Origin: an uncultured Elusimicrobia bacterium
GTDB taxonomy: Bacteria > Elusimicrobiota > Elusimicrobia > 2-01-FULL-59-12
DNA: 64,000 nt
NCBI GenBank assembly: GCA_963702895.1
Contig: OY969767.1
Span: forward strand, 1,536,001 to 1,600,000
Direction of reading: 5' to 3'
The notes under the pieces are model-generated. The model made no database searches, was not told where the DNA came from, and saw only the letters and a list, made by a program, of their open reading frames with translations. Positions 48,114 through 58,029 of the stretch are shown here, piece by piece (position 1 is the first letter of the stretch; each line of letters opens with the position of its first letter). A program made the position numbers and the translations under genes.

Positions 48114-48776
48114 TTACCAGCGGAAACCGAAGTTGATCGGCATGAACGGCGTTGCGTTCTTCGAGGTCTCAGCCTGGTGATAACGGAGTTCCACGAAGAA
48201 TTCCGTGCCCCCGAGCAATTCGTAGCCGACCGAAGCCCCGACGTTCCACCCGAATTTGGTTTGTGACTTACTGTCGGTCACGTATGTAGTATCTCCCGAG
48301 CAATAGTAGTAGCCATACCAGGGGTCCCAGCAAGTCCCGCCGTATCGACCCTCTTCGGTCGTCTTAAGCACACGGTTGTAAACCCCGATCCCTCCGATGA
48401 GCCGTGGTTTGAGTCGCGCCTGCTTAAACTTTTCCGGCAACCAGGTGATGTTGGCGGTCCCCGCGGTCATCTGCATATAGCCTTCGGAACTGGCGAGTTC
48501 CTCCGCTTTGCCGTTGAACCCGAACCGGTAGGTCATGCCTTCGAACTGAAGGCCGATCGGCCAGGTGGCCTCCTGATAGCCAAACCCTCCCAGGATTCCA
48601 TACTCGCCGTCCATATACTGATGGGTGACGCCAACAGAAAACGGATAGGCGCCCGCGAAGAACACGGACCAGGGACCGTCCGCAAGAGCCATCGCCGACG
48701 GCGAAGTCGTACAGATAAGCGCATAGACAAGGGTGAGCCTTGTGACGAGACTGACAAACGAGACTTTTCGCTTCAT
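48114..48776 (-). CDS. Outer-membrane beta-barrel protein
   Basis: Signal peptide, GGIGVY, FGWNVG, FVELRYH, terminal PINFGFRW; GAGGAG RBS. Confidence 0.8.
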   Translation of the reverse strand: MKRKVSFVSLVTRLTLVYALICTTSPSAMALADGPWSVFFAGAYPFSVGVTHQYMDGEYGILGGFGYQEATWPIGLQFEGMTYRFGFNGKAEELASSEGYMQMTAGTANITWLPEKFKQARLKPRLIGGIGVYNRVLKTTEEGRYGGTCWDPWYGYYYCSGDTTYVTDSKSQTKFGWNVGASVGYELLGGTEFFVELRYHQAETSKNATPFMPINFGFRW

Positions 48777-48806
48777 AATGATTCTCCTCTTCATGATGAT
48801 AAAGAC

Positions 48807-48973
48807 TAACCCGGAATCTTCGTTTGACGTCACCCCGGCGGATTGTTAGCCGGGGTCTATCATCGACGTATAAAACATGATGGATCCCCCCCTAGGACCG
48901 GGGGGGATGACGGCACGAAAAAGTCCCGAATTCTCTGTCGACAAGTCATGTTCAACTGTATTCTTTTTGCTAA
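48807..48973 (+). mobile_element. MITE-like element (insert-free copy)
   Basis: taacccggaatcttcgtttgacgtcaccccggc...gatgacggcac...ttcaactgt...gctaa; aligns end to end with 52505-52660. Confidence 0.7.
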
Positions 48974-49063
48974 TTATTCCAAATCTTTACATCGATCGTG
49001 CTTATCGACTGACAGACTGTTCCTTGAGGGCATCCCGGCATGTCTTAAGCCGGGGGTGACGTC

Positions 49064-51085
49064 TTAGCGACGGCCGCCGCCTCCGCGCATGCCCCCGCCG
49101 CTCCGCATGCCTCCTCCTGAGCCCGAACCAGAGTAGGACGGCCGACTGGAAGCTTGATAGTTCGAAGCGCGCTGCGCGCCGCGGTCGCGCGCTTGGGAAT
49201 CACGCTGCACATCCTGTCTGGGTGCAGCACTATCCTTCCAGCCGCCGCTCGAGCGATCTTGCCACTGCCCATCATCATTACGTCGGGACACGTTGCCGTC
49301 TCGGTCCGCATAAACATCTCTGTCCCGACTGCCGCCAGCAGTCGCCGCGCGGTCCCTTGAGTCAGCGCGTGCGCCACGGTCTGACGTGCTTGGTCTGGTG
49401 CTTGCGCGGTCTCCGCGGTTCTGGCCGCGGTCGTATAAATTCTGTTTAGCCTGGGCACGGTTTCCATTATAAGGCGTCGCATGCGGGCCGCCGGGCCGAT
49501 AACCCCCTGCCGGCCCATACCAGCCGCCGTAGTACCCCCCGCCCCACCCCACGCCGATGCCGATACCGATGCCCACGCTCATACCCCACCCGTAATACGG
49601 GCTGTAGCCGTAGCCAAATCCGTAGGTAACCATCGGTGGATAATAATAGACGGGTCCGTACCATCCCGAATAGTAATAGCCCGTTCCGTAAACGACGGTC
49701 CCGTAATAGGGGTAGGATCCCACGTAACCCGGGTAATAGCCGACGTAAACCGTGTCGGGCTGGGCGTCATAAATATGGACATAGCGGCAGTTGTAGTAGG
49801 GACAGCTCGGCGGGATCTGGTAGATGGCCTTCGGGACATAATTGGCAACCACCCAGGGCCCGGTGGCATTTTTCGAAGCGTACCAAATCCCTTCCGTGCA
49901 GGACCAATACCCTTCTTTTCCAACTCGAAAGACGGGCACGGACGCGTTGAGCGAATACGCCACCGACAAACCCTCGAGGTCCTCAAATTTTGGATCCCCG
50001 TCCCAGACGACGACCAGTTTGCCGTCTTTGTCCTTGCGGGACACGGCCGCCGTTTGAGGGATCTGGGCATCCAAGAGCGCTTCCTTGGCCTCCTCAGTCC
50101 CGGCAACGCTGGCACGGACGGACGCCTTGGGCGAAGCTGGCGGAATCTGCGAAAACGCCTTCGGCAGCTGGTCCGGACGCACAAAGGTCCAGGGCCCCTT
50201 CAAACTGGATGCCGTGAACCACCGGCCGGACAAGAGGACAAATACGTTGGAATTCGTCGTGTCGACGAATACGTTACTCTCGGTATTGCTCATATAAAGG
50301 AGGTTGCTGCCCGCTAGCGGAGTGTAGGCTGGCTCTCCCTTGGACACGATGAGCTCTGCCGGTTCCTTGGTTACGATGATCCTGGGGACCGCGGCAGTGG
50401 CGTTGGATTCATCTTTCCAAGGGCCATTCAAATCGGGCGCCCGCAGGTAGCGCTCGCCTGCTTTGAGTCTCCACTCTTTCGAACGGGTGAAGGTCAGCTG
50501 AAATGGCGTGTTGACGACGCGCTGATCGGGAGAATCCTTCATCGGGCGAAGCTGGGGCTCGCCATCGAGCAAGACAAGGACTGCGTCGGTCGTTTCCACA
50601 TAGATCTTGGGCGGGTCTGTTTTTAAGTTTTCGACAGACTTCATTTCCTTTTGGGCGTTTTCGAGACTCACCAAAAGTTTATCGAGTGAAAGCACGTATT
50701 GATGGCGCGCGAGCTCAGCCGTGAGAATCTGAGAAAGCACCTGCTCCTTCTCTGGCGTGGCCTCGGCAAAACGAGTGCGCGTCACTTGGACATCTTCCAC
50801 CGTGACGGTGCGAGCGTCCCGGTCCGTGGAGACGCGGGCTTCGATCCAAACAGCGCCAAAGACAGGATCCTTGCCATCCGGTTGAACAGAAACGGCGGCG
50901 CGGAACGTGATCTTGTTGTCTTTGAAAGACTCCGGCTGAGGCTGATAGAGCACGATGGGCACTCGCGCGCCTTCAATCTTGAGAGGCCATTCCTGGGCAG
51001 AAGGTTCCGCACTGACCACCCACGACGGCCACAGGATCAGACAGGACAAGAAGAACGCTAGGAATCTTTTCTGAATCTGGATCAC
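49064..51085 (-). CDS. Large exported protein with Tyr/Gly-rich and RGG-rich tail
   Basis: Signal peptide, LYQPQ, VLLSGRWF, IPQTA, IYQIPPSCP, GTVVYGTGY, low-complexity C-terminus. Confidence 0.8.
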   Translation of the reverse strand: MIQIQKRFLAFFLSCLILWPSWVVSAEPSAQEWPLKIEGARVPIVLYQPQPESFKDNKITFRAAVSVQPDGKDPVFGAVWIEARVSTDRDARTVTVEDVQVTRTRFAEATPEKEQVLSQILTAELARHQYVLSLDKLLVSLENAQKEMKSVENLKTDPPKIYVETTDAVLVLLDGEPQLRPMKDSPDQRVVNTPFQLTFTRSKEWRLKAGERYLRAPDLNGPWKDESNATAAVPRIIVTKEPAELIVSKGEPAYTPLAGSNLLYMSNTESNVFVDTTNSNVFVLLSGRWFTASSLKGPWTFVRPDQLPKAFSQIPPASPKASVRASVAGTEEAKEALLDAQIPQTAAVSRKDKDGKLVVVWDGDPKFEDLEGLSVAYSLNASVPVFRVGKEGYWSCTEGIWYASKNATGPWVVANYVPKAIYQIPPSCPYYNCRYVHIYDAQPDTVYVGYYPGYVGSYPYYGTVVYGTGYYYSGWYGPVYYYPPMVTYGFGYGYSPYYGWGMSVGIGIGIGVGWGGGYYGGWYGPAGGYRPGGPHATPYNGNRAQAKQNLYDRGQNRGDRASTRPSTSDRGARADSRDRAATAGGSRDRDVYADRDGNVSRRNDDGQWQDRSSGGWKDSAAPRQDVQRDSQARDRGAQRASNYQASSRPSYSGSGSGGGMRSGGGMRGGGGRR

Positions 51086-51756
51086 TGGGCACCTCCCTTG
51101 TCCGGTGTCGCGGCATCGGCCGGCGCATAGAGCGCCTCCGCCATCATCTCGGCAAAGGACCGGATGAGATCATCCAGATAGCCATTGATCAGTGTTTCCG
51201 AACGGCACGTCCAGACGTTCTTTCCCCCCGCAGTTTCGAAGACTTTCGTTTCCAAAACCGCCACGGTTTGATCGACCGTATATCCTGGGGTCGTCACAAC
51301 CTTGGCCGATTCGTTGTAGTACGCCAGAGGCCCTTCCAGAGGATCGGGCGGGACCTCGGACGTGCTTCCCGGGACCGAGGTTTCCACCGTTTTCCTGTCA
51401 ATCAAACGGGTGATGAGGACGGAACTGATTTGCTTCTGTCGGACCCAAGGCTCGAGCGTTGCGCGAGTGACGCCATCGATCGTCGGAAACGACTCGTAGG
51501 AACGCACGGCGATCATGCCTCTTTGCCGGAATTCCGACGCCACCAGAGCCTCAAACATTCGCCGCCGATCCGGGTTGGGTAAGACGCCGATCACGAGCAT
51601 CCGCCTCAACACGTCCGGCCGAAAGGCGGGATCTCTTTGGATCGCAGCCAGTCGCGTGGAGGGCCTCGTGGTGATGCAACCGGGCATCACGGCAAGCAAC
51701 ACCACGAGCCCCGCGAGAAGCCGTGTCCATGACATGAAAAGTCGTGCCATGTTCAC
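51082..51756 (-). CDS. DUF4136-like lipoprotein
   Basis: Lipobox MPGC; MLVIGV...RRMFE; LETKVFE....VW. Confidence 0.7.
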   Translation of the reverse strand: MNMARLFMSWTRLLAGLVVLLAVMPGCITTRPSTRLAAIQRDPAFRPDVLRRMLVIGVLPNPDRRRMFEALVASEFRQRGMIAVRSYESFPTIDGVTRATLEPWVRQKQISSVLITRLIDRKTVETSVPGSTSEVPPDPLEGPLAYYNESAKVVTTPGYTVDQTVAVLETKVFETAGGKNVWTCRSETLINGYLDDLIRSFAEMMAEALYAPADAATPDKGGAQ

Positions 51757-51772
51757 TTCAGGAGAGACCCCC

Positions 51773-52456
51773 TTATTTCGCTTGAACGGATTCGGCTAGA
51801 TTTTTGTCAAGCAGCATGATTTCGATACGGCGGTTTCTCTGCTTGTTCTCAGGCGTATCATTGGGCGCGACGGGCGCATACTCGCCACGTCCGGAGATGA
51901 TGAGCCGTTCCGGCGGCACGCCGGCATCCTGAAGGAAGCGAACGACGTTGGTCGCGCGGATCGCCGAGAGTTCCCAGTTGGTCGGATAGGTGGCCTGGGT
52001 GCCCTTGGAGACGGGGACATTGTCCGTATGTCCCACCACACGAATGTACTTGTCCGCATAGGACCTTAAGGCGCTGGCGAGCTTCCGAAGCACTTCTTTG
52101 CCGCCCTCTTTGAGCATCGCACTGCCGGAAGCAAAGAAGATCTTTTCCGCCACGTCCACCGTGAGCATGTTCTGATACTGGGTCACTTTGAGCTGGCCCT
52201 TCTGGAGCTCATCCGAGAGTTGGCTCACCAGCTCGTTGTATTGCGTTTGCGTCTGAGCGCTGGCTTTGGCGAGAGCTTCTTTTTCGGCCGCGATCGCTGA
52301 TTTTTCCTGCTCCAGGCTTGACACCTGACCCTGGAGTTGAGAGATCTGCTGGTTCTTATCTGTTTCGAGCTTCTTGTATTTACCCGTACTGACACATCCG
52401 GTGAGCAGGGACAAACCTAAAACGCCGAAGAGTACCGCGTGGATGTTGCTATACAT
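51773..52456 (-). CDS. OmpA/MotB-family peptidoglycan-binding lipoprotein
   Basis: Lipobox LLTGC, coiled coil, FASGSA, GHTDN, NWELSAIRA, NRRIEI. Confidence 0.9.
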   Translation of the reverse strand: MYSNIHAVLFGVLGLSLLTGCVSTGKYKKLETDKNQQISQLQGQVSSLEQEKSAIAAEKEALAKASAQTQTQYNELVSQLSDELQKGQLKVTQYQNMLTVDVAEKIFFASGSAMLKEGGKEVLRKLASALRSYADKYIRVVGHTDNVPVSKGTQATYPTNWELSAIRATNVVRFLQDAGVPPERLIISGRGEYAPVAPNDTPENKQRNRRIEIMLLDKNLAESVQAK

Positions 52457-52504
52457 AGGACAGCCTCCTTATTTAATGATGATGTCTTAAATCTTACTGA
52501 ACGC

Positions 52505-52660
52505 TAACCGGGAATCTTCTGTTGACGTCACCCCGGTGAAAACCGGGGTCTATCATGTTTCGACGGAAATGATGGATCCCGGCCTTCGCCGGGATGACGG
52601 CATTAAAAAATCCCGAAGTCTCATTCGATAAGCGACATTCAACTGAACTTTTCCGGCTAA
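52505..52660 (+). mobile_element. MITE-like element (insert-free copy)
   Basis: taaccgggaatcttctgttgac...REP core...caactgaacttttccggctaa. Confidence 0.7.
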
Positions 52661-52663
52661 CCT

Positions 52664-53557
52664 TTACCAATGGAACGACAGATAGCTGAACAGGCTGTTC
52701 CAGGCGTTGGTGATTTTGAACGTATTGTCGCCCGCGGGACCCTTGAGATCCAACGTAAACCGGTCGTACCCGACGCCCAAAGTCCAGCGCTTCGCGAGTT
52801 TGTACGTCAGGCCGATGTTAAGGTCGGATTGCGCACCTTCCCAGTCGCCGTAGGCGAAGTAAAACCAATCGGCGGAGAAAAACGTCCCCCAGCGCGGCGA
52901 CAGTTTACATTCCACGTTGATCCCGGCGGTCGGAAGCGGCGCCGCAAGCGTGGTGGACTGCGAAGCGATGCCGGTGGTCGTCGTTTGACTTCCATCGGCT
53001 GCCGTTCGGGTGATGGTGCCGTCTGCCGTCACGGTCATTTTGATTTTCCCGTAGTAAATGCCGCCGCCGATATCAAAGTTGATCTGGTCGGTCTTCACCA
53101 TGCTGTAACGGTAGAGCAGCCGGTTCAGCCGGATATCGATCTGGGTGTCCAGCTGCGCACCGGCGCCATAGGTCTGATCGCCAAAGTCAATCGACCGATC
53201 GATCCTCCTGACCCCGGTGCGATTGACGTCATACCAAGTGTAGGACAAGCCGTGCTTGCGATTGATGTGCCAGATACCGTCGAAGCGGAAGGTCGAATTG
53301 CTGGTCTCGCCATTCAATGTTTCATCGTAATCGACCACCGTCCCGAACCCGCTCGGTCGCGATAAAGACGCCGTCGTATTCGCGCCAAACACCCAGCCGC
53401 CGCCCAAGCGGATGTCAAACCGGTCATAATCCCGGGCCGACGCGACTTGCGGAGGTGGCTCTCCTTCGGTCTTCCCGATGGCGGGCACCATCATGAGAAT
53501 TCCCAACAGCGAGCAAGAGACAGCCAAGCGTTCCCAGATCCGAATAGTTGTGTGCAT
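52664..53557 (-). CDS. Outer-membrane beta-barrel protein
   Basis: Signal peptide, beta-strand patterning, APLPTAG, terminal SFHW. Confidence 0.75.
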   Translation of the reverse strand: MHTTIRIWERLAVSCSLLGILMMVPAIGKTEGEPPPQVASARDYDRFDIRLGGGWVFGANTTASLSRPSGFGTVVDYDETLNGETSNSTFRFDGIWHINRKHGLSYTWYDVNRTGVRRIDRSIDFGDQTYGAGAQLDTQIDIRLNRLLYRYSMVKTDQINFDIGGGIYYGKIKMTVTADGTITRTAADGSQTTTTGIASQSTTLAAPLPTAGINVECKLSPRWGTFFSADWFYFAYGDWEGAQSDLNIGLTYKLAKRWTLGVGYDRFTLDLKGPAGDNTFKITNAWNSLFSYLSFHW

Positions 53558-53569
53558 GTTTGTTCTCCT

Positions 53570-54208
53570 TTAGAAAGTGAATGTAATTGTAAATTCTGGG
53601 TAGGCGGTTGAGCAATAAGTATTCACATCCGAGTCACAGTCCAATTGCTGTTCGTAGACGATGCCCACACCTCCGTAAAGACGATTTCCAAGAGGCATAT
53701 AGGCCCCCGCGCGACCGCCCCAAGAGTCGAGCGGGTCCTCATTGCTGTAAAAGACGCGTCGGTAAAAAGCGCCCAGGTAGGGGAAGATCTTTTGCTTGTA
53801 GGCAAAGACGTAACGCAGGCCCGGCGTAACCTTATAAATTTGAGGGGAATTGCCAAACCAGACTTCGCCATCAAGACCCGCCTCCAGCCCGTTCATCAAA
53901 AAATAGCCGTAGCCGCCGGAAATGAGGGCGTAGCTGCCATTGGAGGCAGATCCCCATCCGGCGCCTAAGCTGAGACGCGACCGGCCGCGGCTGATCCATC
54001 CGGAGGCCCCGAGCGAGCGCGTCGAGCCTCCTGTGGCGCTCATCCCCCCTCCGGAAGAGATCTCGGGACTGTCACTGACCGCATCGGGTGAAGCCGCCGC
54101 TTCGACGGCAGGCGGAGACTCCGCAACAGAGCCAGAGGCGACAAGACTCATAACGACACCCGCACATGCCAACCACTTCAGGCTTCGCTTCATATGATTG
54201 TTTTCCAT
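53570..54208 (-). CDS. Small outer-membrane beta-barrel protein
   Basis: GYGYF..GLEAG, PYLGAFY, terminal FTF. Confidence 0.72.
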   Translation of the reverse strand: MENNHMKRSLKWLACAGVVMSLVASGSVAESPPAVEAAASPDAVSDSPEISSGGGMSATGGSTRSLGASGWISRGRSRLSLGAGWGSASNGSYALISGGYGYFLMNGLEAGLDGEVWFGNSPQIYKVTPGLRYVFAYKQKIFPYLGAFYRRVFYSNEDPLDSWGGRAGAYMPLGNRLYGGVGIVYEQQLDCDSDVNTYCSTAYPEFTITFTF

Positions 54209-54229
54209 ATATAGGGAGGATCCAGAGTT

Positions 54230-54853
54230 TTAGTGTCGAAATATGGATCTGTCTACGCGTCCCGCAAATTCACGGATGAGGGCGTCCTTGTTAGCACCTT
54301 CTTGAACTTGGGTGCGCGAATCCGCTGACCAGAGCAGCTTCTCGGTCTTGGCGTCATAGAGCCGGGTTTCGACCACGGCTGTATTTTCCGTAATCGTATA
54401 ACCCGACTCATCGATCATCCGATACGTCGAATCGTAATAGCCGTAATACCCCGCGTGGCCAGAGGCGTGGAAAGAGGGACCGATTTGCGCCTGGGACGCG
54501 ACCTCTTTTTCCACCGTCTCCACATAGACTAAACGCGAGACGACCACGGTGTCAAAGGATTGTTCCGAGACGACTCGCTTAAGCCCTTCCTTATCCCAGC
54601 GGGCACCTTGCGGAGAAAGGGAAGAGGCAGCGGTCGCTTGGAGATTGCGTTTGGAAAAGTTTTTCACGAGAGACTCTTCGAGAAGCTGTTGCTTGTCCAG
54701 ACCTACTCCGAGGACAAGAATCTTCTTTATTTGACCGGGCGAAAAGGTTGGATCCTTCCATGATTTCACGACCTGGGTCGTCGCACACGAAGACAATAGC
54801 CCGATCAGCATGAGGAGTCCGGGTGCCATCGTAGCGCAATAGAGCTTCCTCAT
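54230..54853 (-). CDS. DUF4136-like lipoprotein
   Basis: Lipobox LSSC; SWKDP, KILVLG, ETRLYD..TEKLLWS. Confidence 0.72.
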   Translation of the reverse strand: MRKLYCATMAPGLLMLIGLLSSCATTQVVKSWKDPTFSPGQIKKILVLGVGLDKQQLLEESLVKNFSKRNLQATAASSLSPQGARWDKEGLKRVVSEQSFDTVVVSRLVYVETVEKEVASQAQIGPSFHASGHAGYYGYYDSTYRMIDESGYTITENTAVVETRLYDAKTEKLLWSADSRTQVQEGANKDALIREFAGRVDRSIFRH

Positions 54854-54940
54854 CGCACAGACTCCGTCATGAGCTGACCCATTCCGTGTACTGTCGAATG
54901 ATTAACATCAAAACGGATTATAGATTATATTGTTATTGTG

Positions 54941-54970
54941 TTGACGCGCGATTGCACCTGATGATACTAT
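54941..54970 (+). promoter_or_regulatory. Sigma70-like promoter of the patatin gene
   Basis: TTGACG-N18-TACTAT with TGn extension, 8 nt before ATG, no SD. Confidence 0.55.
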
Positions 54971-54978
54971 CATCATAG

Positions 54979-57192
54979 ATGTCACCCACTCGTCTCTCAT
55001 TAGCGCTCCTGCTGTTGATCGCCCCATGCACGAGCGCCTTCTCTGCCAACCCTCAACGACGAAAGATAGGACTCGTTCTCTCCGGAGGCGGCGCGCGCGG
55101 GGCTGCCCATGTCGGGGTGCTAAAAGTTTTGGAAGAACTGCGAATTCCGGTTGACTTCATCGCGGGAACCAGCATGGGCTCGGCCGTTGGTGGCCTCTAC
55201 GCGACAGGGCTTTCCGCCGAGGAAATGAACAAGATTTTTGAAAAGTTCGACTGGGACGCCGCGTTTAACGATTCTCCGCCGCGCCGAGAACGCTCCTTCC
55301 GCCGCAAGCAAGATGATCAGAATGGCCTGGTGAAAGCCCGCGTGGGCATTGGCGCAAACGGCCTTGAGTTCCCCCGCGGCATCGTGGAAGGGCAAAATTT
55401 CGTCACCGAGTTGCGAAAGCTGGGGCATATCACGCAGGACCTGCCTTCCTTTGATGAGCTGCCCACGCCCTTCCGGGCGCTGGCCACCGATGTCGTGACC
55501 GCGGAAAGCGTCGTCATCAGCTCCGGGGACCTCGCCATGGCCATTCGCGCGAGCGTCGCCATCGCGCCGCTTTTTTCTCCCGTCGAATACCAGGGTCGTC
55601 TCCTGTCGGATGGCGGCTATTTGAACAACATCCCCGTCAACGTCGCCCGGGACATGGGAGCCAACGAGGTGATTGTCGTCAATATCGGGACGCCGCTCGC
55701 CAAACGCGAAACGATCCGGTCCGTGATGGATGTGATGTCCCAAACAGCGCGAGTGGGAGGCACCCAATTTGATCAGCAGCAGATCAAGTCGATCACGTCC
55801 AAGGACCTCTTGATTGAGCCGGATCTGACGGGGCTTTCATTCGTCGATTTTGGGAAAGTCCCCGAGATGATCCAGCGCGGCGAAGCAACGGCGAGAGCGA
55901 TGATCGATCAGCTTCGCCGCTATTCCGTCTCCGAGGCAGAATACGCAGCGTGGAAATCGCGCCGCAAAGGCATACAGCCCTGGCCGGTGATCCAGGAAAT
56001 CGAGATACACAATCACAGCAACATTCACACCGATATTATCCGCCCTTTCATCAGTCAGCCGGTTGGAGCGCCGCTGGATCCCGTCGTGATGCAGCAGGAC
56101 CTCGGGCGCGTCTACGGACTCGGCTATTTCGAATTTGTCGACTATACGGTGGTCCCGAGCACCGCGGGAGCCAAGCTCATCATCAACGCCCCTCGCAAAT
56201 CTTGGGGACCGAATTATCTGCGCTTCGGGGTCAAATTTATCGATGATTTTAACGGCAGTTCGCAGTACCAACTGGCCTCGCGCTTTACGATGACCGAGCT
56301 CAACAAAATGGGCGGGGAGTTTCAGAGCGACCTGGGCATCGGGACCAATTCACGCCTGGGCCTAGAGTACTATCAGCCGTTTCTCTACAGCAAGCAGCGT
56401 TTCGACAAAGGCGCCGCTTATTTTGTCACGCCCGTCTTCGGTGCCGAGCGAGCGACAGAAGAGGTGATCGTCGACGGCGAACGCGCCCTTGAATACCGCG
56501 TTAACCGCTATCTCTCTGGGATCGACCTCGGGCGTCAATTCAGCAATTACGCCGAGCTGCGCGGCGGCTTCCGCAAGTCCATAACGGACTCTGATCTGCG
56601 GGTCGGCACACCACCGGCCGGCCTGGAAGACCCCCAGTTCGATGATGCCTACGTTAGGGCCATCCTCCGCTACGACACGCTTGACAAGGTGGCCTTCCCC
56701 ACCCGAGGCGGCATAGGATACCTGGAGTGGCGCAATACCGTCCAAGCCATGGGCTCCGATTTCGATTACCAGAGCCTCGACCTTTCCGCCCAGCACTTTT
56801 GGCCGTGGAAAAAGAACACCTTCGCCGCCCGCGGCGTTTACTCCACCAACCTGGATCGGAGTACCAGCCGTCCACGTCCCTACGATCTCGGGGGATTTCT
56901 CTTCATGTCCGGGTTTAAGGAAAATGAAATGGTGGGAACCGACCGCATACTCGGACAGCTCCAGTACTATTACGAAATGGGAAAACTCGCAAAGTCTCCT
57001 TGGTATCTAGGTGTTATCGCTGAAGCGGGAGGGACCTGGTTCGGAGAAAGCGATATCACGCTTTCTTCCACCAAGACCTCCGGCACTCTCTTTCTGGGTG
57101 TGGACAGCTTCTTCGGCCCACTCTACCTAGGCTACACGTACGCCAGCGGCGGCAACAGCAGCGCGGCCTTCCTCCTCGGCGTACGCTACTAA
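54979..57192 (+). CDS. Patatin-like phospholipase-POTRA-Omp85 barrel (type Vd autotransporter, PlpD-like)
   Basis: LSGGGARGAAH, GTSMG, DGG; POTRA-like segment; C-terminal barrel ending GPLYLGY...LGVRY. Confidence 0.92.
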   Translation: MSPTRLSLALLLLIAPCTSAFSANPQRRKIGLVLSGGGARGAAHVGVLKVLEELRIPVDFIAGTSMGSAVGGLYATGLSAEEMNKIFEKFDWDAAFNDSPPRRERSFRRKQDDQNGLVKARVGIGANGLEFPRGIVEGQNFVTELRKLGHITQDLPSFDELPTPFRALATDVVTAESVVISSGDLAMAIRASVAIAPLFSPVEYQGRLLSDGGYLNNIPVNVARDMGANEVIVVNIGTPLAKRETIRSVMDVMSQTARVGGTQFDQQQIKSITSKDLLIEPDLTGLSFVDFGKVPEMIQRGEATARAMIDQLRRYSVSEAEYAAWKSRRKGIQPWPVIQEIEIHNHSNIHTDIIRPFISQPVGAPLDPVVMQQDLGRVYGLGYFEFVDYTVVPSTAGAKLIINAPRKSWGPNYLRFGVKFIDDFNGSSQYQLASRFTMTELNKMGGEFQSDLGIGTNSRLGLEYYQPFLYSKQRFDKGAAYFVTPVFGAERATEEVIVDGERALEYRVNRYLSGIDLGRQFSNYAELRGGFRKSITDSDLRVGTPPAGLEDPQFDDAYVRAILRYDTLDKVAFPTRGGIGYLEWRNTVQAMGSDFDYQSLDLSAQHFWPWKKNTFAARGVYSTNLDRSTSRPRPYDLGGFLFMSGFKENEMVGTDRILGQLQYYYEMGKLAKSPWYLGVIAEAGGTWFGESDITLSSTKTSGTLFLGVDSFFGPLYLGYTYASGGNSSAAFLLGVRY

Positions 57193-57222
57193 TAGGGTCA
57201 GCTAATCGGAGACAATCGAAAG

Positions 57223-57813
57223 ATGTCCTATATGAAACGAATTGCTCCCTTTCTAACGGTCGCCTTTTTCTTAAGCGGCTGCGCCTCCACGCAAATGCAG
57301 AAGGTGGAGCGGGCTCCCGGTTTTCAGAGCGCACAGATCCGAAAGGTCCTCGTCATTTCGGCTGCGAAAATGCCGGAGCGGCGACGCGCGATTGAGGAGG
57401 AATTTTCCAGCCAATGGAAGAAGCGAAAGGTGAATGCAGTCGCCAGCTACACCTTGATTCAGGACCTCTCCTCGCAAAACAAAGAGAGCGTCGCGACACT
57501 CGCACGAGAACAGCGCTTCGATAGCGTTCTGCTCGGGCAGTTGAAGAAGCGCGGCGAGATCACGCCTCAATATCCCAACCAGGCCCAGAAAGATAGCGCG
57601 GGGATGACGGAGGACATTCAGGTCACCATCGCCTCCCCGCAGGATCCGATCGATTTCGAAGCGGCGATCATCACGACCAAGCTCTACGATGTCGCAACAG
57701 AACAACTGCAATGGACCGGAGTGAGCCAAACCATCATCATCAGCGGAAATGTCCAAGATGTGTTCAAGCCGCTCGTGAAGACCATCCTCAAAAGCCTCTA
57801 CGAAAAGCCCTAG
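57223..57813 (+). CDS. DUF4136-like lipoprotein
   Basis: Lipobox LSGC; KVLVI...RRAIEE; TTKLYD..TEQLQW. Confidence 0.7.
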   Translation: MSYMKRIAPFLTVAFFLSGCASTQMQKVERAPGFQSAQIRKVLVISAAKMPERRRAIEEEFSSQWKKRKVNAVASYTLIQDLSSQNKESVATLAREQRFDSVLLGQLKKRGEITPQYPNQAQKDSAGMTEDIQVTIASPQDPIDFEAAIITTKLYDVATEQLQWTGVSQTIIISGNVQDVFKPLVKTILKSLYEKP

Positions 57814-57821
57814 TCAGTTGA

Positions 57822-58020
57822 AGTATCGGAGTATCGGAGTATCGGAGTGCCGGAGTAACGGCGTAACGGAGTATCGGCGGAACGGGGTATCGGAGTAATG
57901 GCGTAACGGAGTAATGGGGTATCGGAGTGCCGTGCGTGGGGAGGAACGGAGTACCGGTTCGTCGGTTTAGCTCAAAACAGCTTTTGTGCTGTTACTCCGA
58001 TACTCCGATACCCCGTTACT
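57822..58020. repeat. Octamer tandem repeat (GGAGTATC/GGAGTAAC/GGCGTAAC) with inverted arm
   Basis: More than 10 degenerate 8-mers at 57822-57957; reverse-complement units gttactccgatactccgataccccgttact at 57990-58020. Confidence 0.85.
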
Positions 58021-58029
58021 TCTATCGCG

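Noticed and set aside
51773..52456. Flagellar stator MotB
   Set aside because: It has a lipobox rather than the MotB transmembrane Asp motif, and no motA is adjacent
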